Shown here: piece after piece, positions 22,080 through 35,114 of the stretch
Position numbering within the stretch: position 1 is the stretch's first letter
Layout of the letters: each line of letters opens with the position of its first letter
Assembly (NCBI RefSeq): GCF_041146345.1
Contig: NW_027191417.1
Location: 62,001-126,000, forward strand
Source of the DNA: Neodothiora populina
Taxonomy: Eukaryota
Length of the DNA: 64,000 bases
Direction of reading: 5' to 3'
Translations under genes and position numbers: made by a program
The notes under the pieces: model-generated
Seen by the model: only the letters and a program-made list of their open reading frames with translations
Databases searched by the model: none
What the model was told of the DNA's origin: nothing

Positions 22080-23774
22080 TGTGAATGTGTGATGTGAGGA
22101 AACCAAGGACGGTTCTTCAGAATAAGATCAAGGATATAGAGACCTCTCGTCCACGACTGCGCACAGAATGAAATGGAAAGAGAGAAAAAGATGTAACAGA
22201 CTTGAGAGATGGGAAAGACAGATGGCGAGACGAGCTCCTCGGATAAATGAGAGTCGACCGCATATATAAGAAGGTAAAACGTCCCCCAGCAACCCTGATA
22301 GACGCACAGGCCATGGATCCTCAATGCTGCTGACCGAAATCGAGAGAAACACGGCCTTTGTGATTCGACGACGAGGTGGTTTCGAACCCCACCGGACTGG
22401 CTTATCTCCCCTATCGCCATCCTGCCTTACGCTACACTGTGTTACCATACTGTAGCCATCCACATCCATCATCGACGTCGTGTTTGTTGCTGACCACCAG
22501 CGACGACAGCTTGTGTTCTTTCCAATCGCCACTTTGTTGCTGTAGAAGACGACATATCGGCCGAAGTCTGGCCCACGGTTCTTTCCAGAATGACAATTGT
22601 GAAATTACCTTAGCAAAGCAAGTGGAACCCTGGAAAGTTCACCACTAACGCGTTGAGTCCTTTCTACCAAGGCTGCGCTGCTAAACACGTCGATTGTGAT
22701 TGGCCGCTATGTCATTCCTCGTCCGGGACTTGCCGTTCGTTCGCCATCTGGCAGGACCCGGCAGCCGAGCACCATTTTCTTCTCGTTGTCACGTCGTCGC
22801 AAACTCACCAACTTCGATGGCATTTCCCGCCAGATCTGGGGAAGGGCGAGCAGAAAAGGGCTCAGGTACGCATTGCCTTGCCTATTGCGGCAAAATGATG
22901 TGGTCCCTTCGGTATCTTCATGGTCAAGTCATATACTCGTTGAGTTTGCGGTACTTGTACCTCAGCAATCCATTATTACAAGTACGTACACAACGATTCC
23001 TGTGAACTCGACACAATCCTTCGCGCTCTGTGACTTCATAGGAGTTGTCTACACCAACAAGACATGCTGCTAGAGCAATCTTGCACAACCCTTGCAGGCC
23101 TGTCGAAACAAGTATTAGCTTCGCTGTCGCCAGATCGATTCTCGATGGCGCGCTCAGCTCTGGCGTATAACCGACGCGACTTCCGGCGCCTGGCTTGGCT
23201 CTCACCAGCTGTACGGAACTTGCCGTCTCCGCCAAGGCAATCATTCAACAATCTCCTTCTCACCCACCCCCATTATTGAATGGATGTGAGTGAAAACTCC
23301 GGGCAGACCTGGCAACTTCCGTTCTGGCAATGACTCGGTGACCTCTGGGTACAGTAACAATTCGTATATCGTAATTAAGGTACGCGTGCGATGCGGTCTT
23401 CGGGAAGATCCGCGGCTGAACCCGTCATTACAGTAGGTACTTGTATCCTTGTTCGTTAATCTGTTTGTTGGATATATCCACATTGTACGGTCATATCACT
23501 AAAAGCCATGGCAAGGGTGTCTTGTACAGGAAGAAGGTGTTGTGTAGATGAACAATTAAAATTTATTATCAGGTTCTGTGGAACAATTAAAATTAAAAGA
23601 TGAGTCTGTATTCTTCTCAATCATAAAAACAGTCGGAGTTGTTCCATTCGTCCCATGCATAGCAGAAAATACGACACACCATAACATCGCGATCGAAAGG
23701 AAGATGAGTTTTCCAGAAAAAGAAGAAAAAAAAGAAGAAAAAAAGAGGCCTGAGAACGCAGGAGAGAAGGCATT

Positions 23775-26700
23775 TTAGTCCTTCTTGCTCTTGTTGCGGT
23801 TCTTGGGCACACGTGCGAGCCAGTAGAGGAAGAGCGCGGCGACGACATTGAAGACGACAAAGCCCCACATGATACCAAAGTTCCTCCAGCGGTGCGAGTA
23901 GCTCGCGGCGACGGAGCTCAGGAAGACGTTGGTGTCGCGGATCTGACAGTAACTGCAGTTGTCTCTAGCACTGTCATCTTGCATATAGCCGCCGAATTGA
24001 TCGATGTAAGGCTGCATGTACTGCAGGCATGTCTGTCCGGAAGGAGCCTTGAACTTGAGATATTCGTTTCCGGCGCAGACCAGCTCTGTATTCGCCACCG
24101 CAACAGACAACATTCCATCTACCAGGTATGTAAATGGCGACACGCGGTACATAAAGATCCAGAAGCCAGGAAGCGCGGTTGGCGTTTGGAGAACACCGCA
24201 AAACACCAGCGTCAGCGAGAACAACAGATTCGCAATGTTACCACCCGTCTCTGCTGAGTCGAGACCGGCAATGATCATGTCGGTGAATGTGCAGGTGAAG
24301 ATCAGGAACACGAAGATGTATAGGAAGAAAAGCGCGCCACGCTCGTGCACCTGATCAGCAGCCTCGGCGTTACGGTACAGGCCGATCGGGTAGTAGAAGC
24401 AGAAGAACATGATCACACTGAGAGCGCCGTTCCATGGGAGTTCGACAATGATGTTGCTGAGCATGAAAGCTTTCCACGAATAAGTCTTCGACGGACGTTC
24501 TCTGACCTCGTACAAGGCACGTTGTGTGACAAAATGAGGCATGATCTGTTGCACCAAGTTTCCGAAGATCGTGAAGAGCATGAAAATCGAGAACATCTGG
24601 TTCTGCAATCCTTGTTGCGAGACGGGAGCGTTGTAGAAGATGAAGCCGATGAAAAGCGCCGAGAACAGACCTAGAGCGAATTTGGAGTAGATGTAGCTAG
24701 GTGTGCGCCAGTATTGTTGGAAAACACGAAGAAGTACCTCTCTCATCTGCACCATGAAGGAAGCAGCGAATTCACGATGAAGTGTCTTGTCGTCGCTGGA
24801 ATCCAGCACGCTTTGCTGAGGACGTTTCTCCTTGAGCTGGCGAAGCTCGTCCTTGACGGCTTGACGCTCAGGGCTAGCCTTCCATGTCTCGTGCCAGTCG
24901 ATGTCAGTGTGCGATCCAGGTGCGGCTCCGATGACTTCCAGCATCCATTCAGCAGGGTTAGCTTCGGGCGGACATCTGTGCGCACCGTTTCTCTCGAAAT
25001 AACTAGTCAAGACGTGGGAGTTCTCACCGACCTCGCCAAAGTAGACTGTACGTCCACCGCGGGCGAGGAACAACAGACGGTCGAAACGCTGGAATAACAT
25101 GGCGGATGGCTGATGGATAGTGCAAAGAATGGCTTGGCCGGCGTTGGTGAGCTTCTCCATCAAGTCGCAAATTGCCCATGATGTCTGCGAATCCAGACCA
25201 GATGTAGGTTCGTCCAGGAAGAGCAACAACTCTGGCTTAGCAACCAGCTCGACACCGATGGTCAAGCGCTTGCGTTGCTCGACGTTGAGACCTTCACCGG
25301 GAACACCGACGACGGCTCCGGCATACTCTTCCATGTCAAGCAGCTTGATGACCTCGTCAACGTAGGCGATCTTCTCCTCGCGGGGAACATGAGCAGGTTG
25401 ACGAAGCAGAGCACTGAAATTTAATGCTTCGCGGACGGTGGAAGTAGACAAATGGAGATCTTGCTGTTGAACGTAACCAGTCTTGCGTTGGAATGATGCA
25501 TCACGAGGTTGGCCATCGACAAGCATCTCACCAGTAATGACACCCATAGTCACACGTGTTGCCAGGCAGTCCAACAACGTCGTCTTACCAGCACCTGACA
25601 CGCCCATGAGGGCTGTCAATGTACCGGGCTTGACCCAACCGTCAACGTGATCCAGAATGCGACGCGGTTCTCCCTTGATCTTGATGTCGTAGCAGACATC
25701 TTCCCAAGAGAAGACTGCAGTCTGCTTCTGAATGATCTCGGCGACCTCTTTGGAGTCGTGTTGCTTTTCCTGCACCGCTCCAGCTCCACCGGAGGACTCA
25801 AGATCATCAGTCGAGTTCTTGGACAGGATGGCCGGCTTGTAACCTCTACGGAAGACCAGCACCTCGCCCTTGGACTTCTTCGCAGAAATGTACTCGGTCG
25901 CGGCCAGGTATGTGAACAGGAAGAAGAACATGAAACCGATCATGATACCAAAGTTCCTCCACTTGTGCGAAGCGTAGTAAGAGTAGGCCGAATTGATATA
26001 AGCATCACCATCCACGTAAGATTCGCCTGCTACACTTCCGACAGAACTGCAAACTTGAGTCTGGTCGGCGAGAGAGCCATAAGTGGGAACACGCGCCGAG
26101 CATGTGAATCTGCGGTTGTGGAATTCGTTGATCATCAACGCTTCGAATCCGTATGCGACCGGATCAATGTAGTTGATCCATCGGCACCAGCCAAGCATAT
26201 AGTCGACGGGTAGAGTAAAGCCGGTGAAGATGACGATGGCGAGAATGAGGATTGCTGCGGGCGCCATGGCTTGCGACAAGGTACGCGAAACAGAGGCGAT
26301 GGTACGGAACAGATTCGACATGACCAGGGTCAAGAAGAACGAGATCAGCAGGAAGAAGAAAAACGGACCAGGTTCGCGGCGCAGGTTCGACAGGAAGTAA
26401 AGCGCTGTATTGAACACTATACAATTGAGGACTTTATAGGGTATGTCTGTCAACATTGATGCATATGCTTCGGCGGATGGGTGGTACAGAGCGTAACGGG
26501 AGTGCTTCTCCACAATTGGTCGTTGGGCGTACAAAGTCAAGATTTCCAACATGGAGCCGAAGGCGTTCATCAGAATGGCGAAGAAGAGGAGTGCACCGCG
26601 CTGAAAGAAGGAATTGGTGTCCGACTTGAGGTTGTAGAAGACAGATCCGATGATGAGGGCAAAGATCGAGTTACCAAACAACTGCGATAAGGTCAATGAG

Positions 26701-28469
26701 GGGTCGGCCTTGAGTCGCTTGAATCCACGCCAAAGACACAATCGGATCTGTTGACCGTATGACAGGGTATATGGCGAGCCGACGCGTTGTCTCTTGGCTT
26801 TCTGAGCTTTGCGCGAGGCCTCGAACGCTTCCTGTGACTCTCCGCCGAAAGGGAATTGCTTCTCGTAAGCGTCGATTTGTCGCAGAAGCTCCTGGCGCTG
26901 CGGGCTAGCTTTCCACCTCGCAGCAAACTCGTCAGGCGTTCGCGGCGTCTTGCCCTCGAAGCCTTGGCGGACAACACGCTCTACAGACGAAGTCATGGAA
27001 GTGAGGAAGTCGGGGGTGGTCTGACGATCAGGGCAGTGGAAGCCCATATCGATGAAGTATTGGCGTCCTCCGTGTGCGTCTCCGAAGTAGATCTGGCGAC
27101 CTTCGTAAAGGACGACGACCTTGTCAAACTGATTGTAAGCCTCCTGAGGCGATTGGTAGATGGCCACCATGGCTGTCGAGCCGAAGTATTGGGCACCCAT
27201 GCGAAGAGTCTTACAGAACTCGACGGCATTGGCCGAGTCGAGACCTCTGGTTGAGTTGTCCCAGGCCTGGAGAGGTGCTCCACTGAGCGTGGCTTCGGCG
27301 ATGGTGACACGCTTCCTTTGTCCACCGGACACACCGCGGATGAAGTCGTTTCCAACTTTGGTGTTGACCGTCTCGGAGATACCGAAGGTGGCCATGACCA
27401 CATCACGGAGAGTCTCGGCCCACTGGTTCTTGTTGACACCCTCGGGCAGCGCACGAGGCGACCGCGCACGTGCTGCAAAGTACAGAGTGTCTCCGACGGT
27501 CAAGCTGGGGAAGTGGACATCGACTTCTGCGGTGTAGATGGCTTCACCGCGGTACTTTGTGTTCATGTCTTCCGCGCTGATACCTTGGAAGTTGAGATAA
27601 GACTCGTCGCCGATATAGAATCCGTGCGTCTCTCCGGTCAAGGTCTTGAGGAAAGTGGAGCATCCAGATCCAGGAGGACCAAGGACGACAAGCATCTCGC
27701 CAGCATTGACAAGACCCTCACACTCATGCAAAATGTCAATCCTCGTGGGTTTTGCCTTGCCAAGAAGTCTCTTGGCGAGGCCGATGCCCTCGAGGAAGAC
27801 GTTTCCTACGCTCTTCTGGTAATCCGTGCCTTGACCATATCCAAACACGTTAAGGTTCTTGAAGGCGACACCCGACGTCCTTGCAGGGTTCTTCTCGGGG
27901 TCGGTCTGGTTGAGCTTCAACATCGACTTGACCCAAGCACGAGGCACAAAGTTAGGCCCATTAGGGTTGAGTGGGGAGTCTTCGTCCACGTCCATGAACG
28001 GGTTGTCCGGCACATTCGTCCATCCGGACTGGTTTGTTTGCGTCCGGCTGATACGCTTTGCTAAGGCGTGAATCTCCTCTTTGTTGTTTTCGACCGAGGA
28101 CGCTGCTGATTCTGCCTGCTCGATTCCATCCTTGGTATACTCGCCCTTTCCGTTCGTCGTGGGGATGCCGTCCGGGTAGTATGTGCCACCGTGAATTCCG
28201 GAGTGCTCATCGGCATTTACAGGCACTTCTGTGGTTGCAGTCCTGGACGTCGAGCGAGAAATAGCATTGTTGTTATTATTATTGTTGTTGTTGTTGTTAT
28301 TAGTTGAATAGGCCGAGGTTGTGCTTGGCCGGTTCACATCCTCGGACTCTCCGTTGTCCTCGCTGTGCCTGTGCTGGAACGCAAGACCACTACCAGCAGC
28401 GTCACCCGTGCCACTCGTCGCCGCTGTGTGGTCGAAGTTGTTGAATGCAAAATTACCAACTAGCGACAT
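23775..28469 (-). CDS. Full-size PDR (ABCG) multidrug transporter, AbcG1/Cdr1B/CDR4-like, intronless, 1564 aa
   Basis: NBD1 [30 protein letters not shown]2 [34 protein letters not shown]; (NBD-TMD)2 topology. Confidence 0.97.
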   Translation of the reverse strand: MSLVGNFAFNNFDHTAATSGTGDAAGSGLAFQHRHSEDNGESEDVNRPSTTSAYSTNNNNNNNNNNNNAISRSTSRTATTEVPVNADEHSGIHGGTYYPDGIPTTNGKGEYTKDGIEQAESAASSVENNKEEIHALAKRISRTQTNQSGWTNVPDNPFMDVDEDSPLNPNGPNFVPRAWVKSMLKLNQTDPEKNPARTSGVAFKNLNVFGYGQGTDYQKSVGNVFLEGIGLAKRLLGKAKPTRIDILHECEGLVNAGEMLVVLGPPGSGCSTFLKTLTGETHGFYIGDESYLNFQGISAEDMNTKYRGEAIYTAEVDVHFPSLTVGDTLYFAARARSPRALPEGVNKNQWAETLRDVVMATFGISETVNTKVGNDFIRGVSGGQRKRVTIAEATLSGAPLQAWDNSTRGLDSANAVEFCKTLRMGAQYFGSTAMVAIYQSPQEAYNQFDKVVVLYEGRQIYFGDAHGGRQYFIDMGFHCPDRQTTPDFLTSMTSSVERVVRQGFEGKTPRTPDEFAARWKASPQRQELLRQIDAYEKQFPFGGESQEAFEASRKAQKAKRQRVGSPYTLSYGQQIRLCLWRGFKRLKADPSLTLSQLFGNSIFALIIGSVFYNLKSDTNSFFQRGALLFFAILMNAFGSMLEILTLYAQRPIVEKHSRYALYHPSAEAYASMLTDIPYKVLNCIVFNTALYFLSNLRREPGPFFFFLLISFFLTLVMSNLFRTIASVSRTLSQAMAPAAILILAIVIFTGFTLPVDYMLGWCRWINYIDPVAYGFEALMINEFHNRRFTCSARVPTYGSLADQTQVCSSVGSVAGESYVDGDAYINSAYSYYASHKWRNFGIMIGFMFFFLFTYLAATEYISAKKSKGEVLVFRRGYKPAILSKNSTDDLESSGGAGAVQEKQHDSKEVAEIIQKQTAVFSWEDVCYDIKIKGEPRRILDHVDGWVKPGTLTALMGVSGAGKTTLLDCLATRVTMGVITGEMLVDGQPRDASFQRKTGYVQQQDLHLSTSTVREALNFSALLRQPAHVPREEKIAYVDEVIKLLDMEEYAGAVVGVPGEGLNVEQRKRLTIGVELVAKPELLLFLDEPTSGLDSQTSWAICDLMEKLTNAGQAILCTIHQPSAMLFQRFDRLLFLARGGRTVYFGEVGENSHVLTSYFERNGAHRCPPEANPAEWMLEVIGAAPGSHTDIDWHETWKASPERQAVKDELRQLKEKRPQQSVLDSSDDKTLHREFAASFMVQMREVLLRVFQQYWRTPSYIYSKFALGLFSALFIGFIFYNAPVSQQGLQNQMFSIFMLFTIFGNLVQQIMPHFVTQRALYEVRERPSKTYSWKAFMLSNIIVELPWNGALSVIMFFCFYYPIGLYRNAEAADQVHERGALFFLYIFVFLIFTCTFTDMIIAGLDSAETGGNIANLLFSLTLVFCGVLQTPTALPGFWIFMYRVSPFTYLVDGMLSVAVANTELVCAGNEYLKFKAPSGQTCLQYMQPYIDQFGGYMQDDSARDNCSYCQIRDTNVFLSSVAASYSHRWRNFGIMWGFVVFNVVAALFLYWLARVPKNRNKSKKD
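28267..28302 (-). repeat. (AAY)n microsatellite encoding 12 Asn in the ABC transporter N-tail
   Basis: attgttgttattattattgttgttgttgttgttatt on the + strand; [17 protein letters not shown]. Confidence 0.9.
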
Positions 28470-28962
28470 GGCTGCGTCAGGGCTTCTTCAATGTGTATAC
28501 CGAAGGCCCAAGGGTCTACGGACAAGAAACACAGCGACCGGCGCGGTCAGATGAGATGGTGGTGATGATAAACAACAGCGACAGGGTGCACGCCAGTTCA
28601 AAGCAGATACAAGAAGCGACGGATTGCGGGAGGCACATGGGTTTTAATATCTTTGTTCCTACTGATATCGTGGGGCGTTGGCCGCGTCGCTAATAAAGTA
28701 ATGATGGGGCAATATGGATCAAGCTCTCATTTGTGACGATCACATCAGCCTTCTGGAAACGATGTACGAGGAGGATGGAAGAGCCCCTAGCACTGTTCTG
28801 GCAGTGTACCATCCAGCACTAGGGACAACATTGAACCGCTTGACACCTTGACACTCTCTAAACAGAGTGAACGCTCTGACGAATTACCTGTAGCCAAGGG
28901 TTAATGGCCCCCTTTAATGGATTCCGGGGCTGCGGTAAGTGGGTAACTGGGCCTCTGGTGGA

Positions 28963-28999
28963 CGGCTTCTTCTGCTTCCGTCGGAAGCACTACCTTCCG
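28963..28999. promoter_or_regulatory. Two abutting CGG-N12-CCG elements (AtrR response element-like) in the PDR transporter promoter
   Basis: CGG cttcttctgctt CCG (28963-28980) and CGG aagcactacctt CCG (28982-28999), about 500 bp upstream of the ATG. Confidence 0.65.
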
Positions 29000-31900
29000 T
29001 CCTATACCTTCTCCGGGATCCGGAAACTTCGTAGCTTCTGACTCGATGCGTTTCTCACCAATTCTAGGCACCAAGTGACCATGCGTTGATTGAGTAAGCA
29101 CAGGGGGAGCTTTGAATTGTCTACAAGCGTAGAGAGCTTCTCGTCAATCTGCTTCAATGTTTGGAGTCTCCACATGCTGTTGGTTGAGAGCTGGACATGT
29201 ACCTGCTGTATGCTGTCAACGCCATATACATTCACCCTCTCCTCTGTTCGGAGCTGTCGACAGCGCCTTTGGTACTGTACATTACATGTGCTCGTAATTT
29301 TCGATATCTGCTGGACCGAGTATCAAATCGATGAGAACATGTCGGTCTGACTGTCGCGGTCATAGAGTGTTCTTCAGACATCCAGCACCTGCCACTGTAC
29401 TGTACACGCTGTGGTAGGGCGACAAGTGGCTGCTCCGAAAATCACTACACGTGGCACTTTGGGGATCGCGCTCAACCGTGTCACAGACTTGTTGACGGTG
29501 ATCACACAGTGCCTTACTAATAAGAGGCGGTAGACAAGACCACACTTGACCGACCTGCATACTGCACCTTGGCTGCACCGTGTACTCATCCTCGTCCGCC
29601 CCTACTGGACGTCCGGCAGGAACTTCCAATCTTACTGGACTCCTTCGCACAACAAAATTTGTTACGAACAACGTTTATTTAGGATTCATGGGTCCCGCTC
29701 GGCTGGGTTTGAAATGAAATCTAGTGGGGGTCCAGCAGAACAGGCTGCTGTGCCTTGTATTGCCACAGCGGAGGACATTGTACAGTTGCGAGGTACTGTA
29801 TTGTTGGCCTGGACAGCCCTACTATACCTTACAATGTTGTGTCTACTGATGCTCTTCAAACGCAGTCATGAAGTGTATACGGAACCATTGCCACTGTATG
29901 AGTCACGGAGCTCCGAATATGGTACGAGTATGACATAGAGCGGCTATTTGACCCGACCCTCGCTCAAAACTCTATCCACTGTGCATTCCTTTTCTAAGAC
30001 ATTGCCTAGCTTCCTTCCGGACGCTTGCGAGTCAAACGTAATGACAACAAGGCAAAGTGGCTGTCCCATCCTGTGATCCTTCTCGAGTCCTGTAAATACG
30101 CAAAGAAATAAAAAATCCTGAAAAGCGTTTTGGTCGTAGAAAATGTGTTTGCACCTTGGAACCCAAAACTCAATTGTTCTATACCTACCTCCGTAACACG
30201 ACGCAATGCCAAGCTCTTGCCACGACTTACTGCCTGCGAGCACTTGCCGGCATTGATATTCGAATATGGAGCTTCATCGAGAGCGAGCATACTGTTGAGT
30301 AAGGCATCGTAGATAGGCTCCTTTGGTAATAGGCTACATGTCCAAACGGTACATCACTACTCCGGTAGCGTCTCGTCGTCACTGCTTACCTTATACATTG
30401 ATACACCAGGTCCGGTCTGCCGACGTTGAAGCGCATCCACCTGCTCGCGAGTGCGACCCAGTCTGTATCAGTGTTACAGAGGTTCGGAGGAGCGGCAACG
30501 GGCAGCATCGCTGCGCAATGACTTCAAGACAGCCACAAGGACTGAAGCGGACACGACTACACTTGCGCTTGAGATCAACGTCTAATTCACGTCAATCGCG
30601 CTTCGTTGCTGACGTGCACTTTCCAGATTACAGTGGCCCACGCTTGCAGTAGAGTGCGGTGTTCCTGGGTGGTGCTACAGCTGGAGCGACACAACGATCT
30701 CAAATCATCTTCGCTGCACACGACTCACCCACAATACTGATGCATAATCATAGAAAAGACACATGCACATGTGAAGTAGGCCAATAATATCGGGTTTTCT
30801 GTTTGGTTGAGCTACTATTCTTCTTCTTCTTATCAAGCTGAAACAAAGCTGAAACATTCCATTCGCCAATTCGCCAAATAGCTAGATTCAAGGACAGGGT
30901 CCCCTCCCCGCTCTGGCAATGCTTTATCTTGTGGACCATTCCGCCAGCCTTATCAAGCACGCGGCACATAACGTACTGCAGAAACATATACCATTCGAAC
31001 CTCTGACTGTATTCCATCTCCCGACCGTAAAACCCATTGAAAGATCATGGCTAGCGACCATCGGATACATACAAATCCGCAACTTTGCGGTACTCGGTCT
31101 CATATAGTCCGCTAGGAATGCATAGTAGCTAATGGGCGACACTCAACAAACAATATGAAGGACACGGCTTGTCCTAAGTGCAAGACACTGCCAGTCTCGA
31201 GTCGTTGTTCTAAAGCAGGATTTGAAAGGTCCATGAGTAGCCAAGCTTGCTCCAGGCTCGGGCTACTGAAAGAGTCCGGCTTGACTCGACTTTGGGTGCC
31301 TCTCAAATGTCAGTCTGGTGATTCTCTCAGTATGGGGCCAAAACGACCGATTGGTCAGAATCGTGAACTACAAAGTCTGGGGCTATAATACTATAGTTTT
31401 GTTCCACTCGACGGGCGACGATTCGCGACAAATGGCATACAACAGCGCAAATCCCTTTCGACTGTGTAGCGCTCAGAAGTCCTATGCTTACGAGGTTCTA
31501 CTTGAGCGCGAGAGAGCATCGTCAATCTCACAGTAGTATACATGTTGCACACAACATGTCCAGTGACGGGCTGACACATGAATAAGCTCCTGAGAGGCAT
31601 CCGACATGACTGCCCTCCGCTTCGGCTCGGTCCTCAGAATGCGGGGGATAAACAGCTAGCGCGAATATCCTATCGACTCTATTTGGGACTCTACGCGGTC
31701 CTGATCCTGTGAGTTTAACGGTTGAAGAAAGATGCGCAAAGGTTCCTGCATCGCGCGGATCCAATTCTCCGTATGGACATGTCACGTTCATCTTCATCGC
31801 ACATCGGCGAAGCGCTCGCTGGCGAAGGACGAATCACGTCGTGTATTCGCTCCTGATATCGATGCTGACAGGCTCGTAGGACAAGTAGCTAAAGCCCCTC

Positions 31901-32497
31901 CCGGCTCGCAACGGCCAGTGGCTTTATGGCTTGACCTAGCGTTATGTCTTCCTCATGAATAGCCCCCAATGTGAGTCCGTCACAGTATCGAATATGCAAT
32001 ACAGTACATATATTGGATCCTTGGGCTCTCCGTGTCACGGCATGAGTTGAGCGACGTTTTCTGTGCCGCGGCTGTTTTTAGCCTTTCAGGGTAAGGTTGA
32101 CACTATACCACATGCCCCTCTTGGGATGGTAAAGACAATATCTTAGTTTCCCGTCGACACATGCGGTCTGACCAAGCATTCATTTATGGAGCAGAGCGAC
32201 GTTCTCTGCGCCAGATACACCATTGCCCCGCTCCGATGAGTCTACGGGACCTGATGCTACTGACCTGCAGGTGATTAAGCTCTAGTCAAGCACACCCAAA
32301 ACATGCCGCATTCACGAAGCCATGCAACGTCGGATAGCATTGCAATCACATTCACTTCACAGATCAAGGCGTCAAGTGCCGAGGAAGATGGAGTCTCCTG
32401 CCTCTTGCTGGACTACTTAAACTCGTCGCAGCCGTGGGTCTAATCTTCGAATAGCATCAGAACTTTACCAGACTCGAGTAGTCTCAGACTGCTAGAC

Positions 32498-34183
32498 ATG
32501 CGTTTCATACTGCCTATCTTATGCTTGGCCTTGGGTGCTTCATCTGCACCGATCGAGGGGAGACAAGCTGGCGCCCCTTCCGCCACTGTGAAGAATGGCA
32601 CTGTCATAGGTAGCACTACTGGTGGCATCGACTCTTTCAAGGGCATTCCTTTCGCTCGACCACCTGTAGGGCCTCTTCGTTTGAAGCCTCCTCAGACAAT
32701 CACATCTGGCTACGCCACCCTGACAGCCACTGCCGTTCCGACGGCATGTCCACAATTCTTCTCACAGGTCGACACGGCCGATCTGCCGTCAGATGTGATA
32801 GGAACTCTCTTGGACTCGCCTCTGGGCCAAGAGATCTTGAATGCCGGCGAGGATTGTCTGACTCTCAACGTGATCAGACCATCCACGGTCACATCTTCTT
32901 CGAAATTGCCTGTTCTGGTCTACATCTTTGGAGGTGGATTTGAGCTCGGCTCAACGCAGATGTACGATGGTACTCCGATCGTTGCACAGTCGGTCAAATT
33001 GGGTGCCCCGGTCATCTATGTTGCGATGAACTATCGTGTAGGAGGATTCGGCTTTCTTGCTGGCAAGGAGCTGAAAGCAGACGGTAGCACGAACCTCGGT
33101 CTTCGCGACCAGAGACTCGCACTCGAATGGATTTCGGAGAACATCGCAGCCTTCGGTGGCGACCCTACTAAAATCACCATCTGGGGCGAGTCAGCAGGAG
33201 CAATCTCGGTGTTTGACCAGACCATCATCAATGGTGGCGACAACACACATCAAGGCAAGGCCCTTTTCAGAGGAGCCATCATGAACTCCGGGTCCATCAC
33301 CCCAGCCTTGGATGTAGATCATCCCAAGCCTCAAGCGATATACGACTTGGTCGTCAAGAACGCCGGCTGTTCGAGTGCGAGCGATACCCTGGCATGCTTG
33401 CGCAACTTGCCGTACCAGGACTTGCTCCAGGCGACCAACTCTGTTCCGGCAATTTTCAGTTATACCAGTTTGAATCTGGCCTACCTGCCACGACCAGATC
33501 CATCTGACAGCTTCTACCCCATCTCGCCAGATGTAGCAGTTCGAAATGGTGCCTATACCAAAGTCCCCATTATCGTGGGTGACCAAGAAGACGAAGGCAC
33601 CCTGTTTTCTCTCGTACAGACAAACATCACCACCACTGAAGAGGTCGTTGACTATTTCTCTATGATCTTCCCTGATACCGAGGTGTCACTGACTGCGGGT
33701 CTTGTGGATACCTATCCTGACGACCCTGCGGCAGGCTCGCCTTTCCGCACAGGAAGCGCGAACCAGATCTATCCCCAATTCAAGCGTGTGGCGGCACTAG
33801 TCGGCGATGTGGTTTTCAACCTCCGCAGAAGACAATACCTCTCCCTCGTCTCCGGGACTGTCAACGCATGGTCGTTCCTCGACAGTCATGCCTACGGCAC
33901 CCCCGTGCTAGGCACATTCCATGCGAGCGATCTCTTGGCGTACTTTTTCGAAACCACCCTCGTGACAGCAGTCACTTACCAGAATTACTACGTCTCTTTC
34001 GTCAACTATCTGGATCCGAACGCGATTCCGACCACCGCGCCCTTGATCAGCTGGCCCAAGTACACGAGCGCGAATCCACAACTGGTGCAGCTGCAAGTGC
34101 TCAGCAACAACCTTATGCAAGACGACTTCAGGAGCACGAGTTATGAGTATATCGTTTCGCATCCAAATGACTTTAAAGTATGA
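32498..34183 (+). CDS. Secreted type-B carboxylesterase/lipase (Candida rugosa/Geotrichum lipase-like), intronless, 561 aa
   Basis: Signal peptide; motifs FKGIPFA, EDCLTLNV, FGGGF, WGESAG (Ser), QEDEG (Glu), GTFHASD (His). Confidence 0.95.
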   Translation: MRFILPILCLALGASSAPIEGRQAGAPSATVKNGTVIGSTTGGIDSFKGIPFARPPVGPLRLKPPQTITSGYATLTATAVPTACPQFFSQVDTADLPSDVIGTLLDSPLGQEILNAGEDCLTLNVIRPSTVTSSSKLPVLVYIFGGGFELGSTQMYDGTPIVAQSVKLGAPVIYVAMNYRVGGFGFLAGKELKADGSTNLGLRDQRLALEWISENIAAFGGDPTKITIWGESAGAISVFDQTIINGGDNTHQGKALFRGAIMNSGSITPALDVDHPKPQAIYDLVVKNAGCSSASDTLACLRNLPYQDLLQATNSVPAIFSYTSLNLAYLPRPDPSDSFYPISPDVAVRNGAYTKVPIIVGDQEDEGTLFSLVQTNITTTEEVVDYFSMIFPDTEVSLTAGLVDTYPDDPAAGSPFRTGSANQIYPQFKRVAALVGDVVFNLRRRQYLSLVSGTVNAWSFLDSHAYGTPVLGTFHASDLLAYFFETTLVTAVTYQNYYVSFVNYLDPNAIPTTAPLISWPKYTSANPQLVQLQVLSNNLMQDDFRSTSYEYIVSHPNDFKV

Positions 34184-35114
34184 TCTGCATGGTGTGATTG
34201 CGATTCATCGCCTTTCTGTCACTTCGCCACCCCGCCAGGTCGAGAGAGGGACTGCGGTGTGGCCTTACATTGTCGCTCCTTTTTATGATAGTTCAATGGT
34301 ATATATGAAGTAAAATCGTCACCTCTGGTCGTCGTCCTCATCCCATGTGCTGCAAACTGAACAAGCAAGTGCAGCCGCCAGCTCCTGTCTTTTCTTACTG
34401 TAGATTCGAGACCACCCTCTGGTAAACGTGAAACCTCGCGAAGTCTTACACGGTCATTCCCCTCCCAATAATCCAGTCACAAAAGCCTTATTTCCACAAG
34501 ACAGACTTGTGTCTGTGTGTGTGTAGATCTTTGTTTCTGTACCGAGGCAAAACAGTGGCGGAACTTAGGCTTCGTCCGGGGTTCAAGTGTGCGGAATCAT
34601 CGCGCACCACTCTGTCTGTCGCTCTCGAATTCATCTAAATACACGGTCATCTTCTCTGCTGTCGTTGGTGTCTTGCGGGGGCAGTGGGGAAAAGAAAGGA
34701 GAGGGCGTGGAGAAGAAAGTTTTGTCCGATCGGGGGGTTATTCGCTTGCTTGCTTGCTTGCTCAGCTCTGCCGTACACGTTCTGGAAACGTGTGCCTGCA
34801 GTAGTATTTGCATAGTTGTGCTCGGTAGGGCGAAACTCGATCAGACCTCGGATGTCACAGACGCAAGCAAAGAGACGAAAAAGGAAAGAAGGAAAAGGGG
34901 CCACATGAGACCGGACTTTCCTGTCACTCGTTTCAAGAGGGACATGAGAAACGTCAAAGTCTAAAAGGAGTTTTGTGTGTGGTATCTCTTGGGCCTGCCC
35001 CGCCGCCCCCGCTTGCTCCCTCGTGTATGTATACTCCTTGCTGTACAGTTTCTATAGTACAGTAGTAGAAATGGTGGAGTCGAGTACCTAGTTTCCATAT
35101 TGTACTTTACCCAC

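Noticed and set aside
20864..22097. Long plus-strand ORFs opposite ccp1 (and similar ones opposite the GT2, ABC and CHY-RING genes)
   Set aside because: Antisense shadows caused by codon bias; they contain no recognisable motifs.
29100..32300. Hidden gene or transposon in the long ABC/lipase divergent gap
   Set aside because: Only short motif-less ORFs; no terminal repeats, transposase or RT motifs, and no clear RIP-like AT-rich block.
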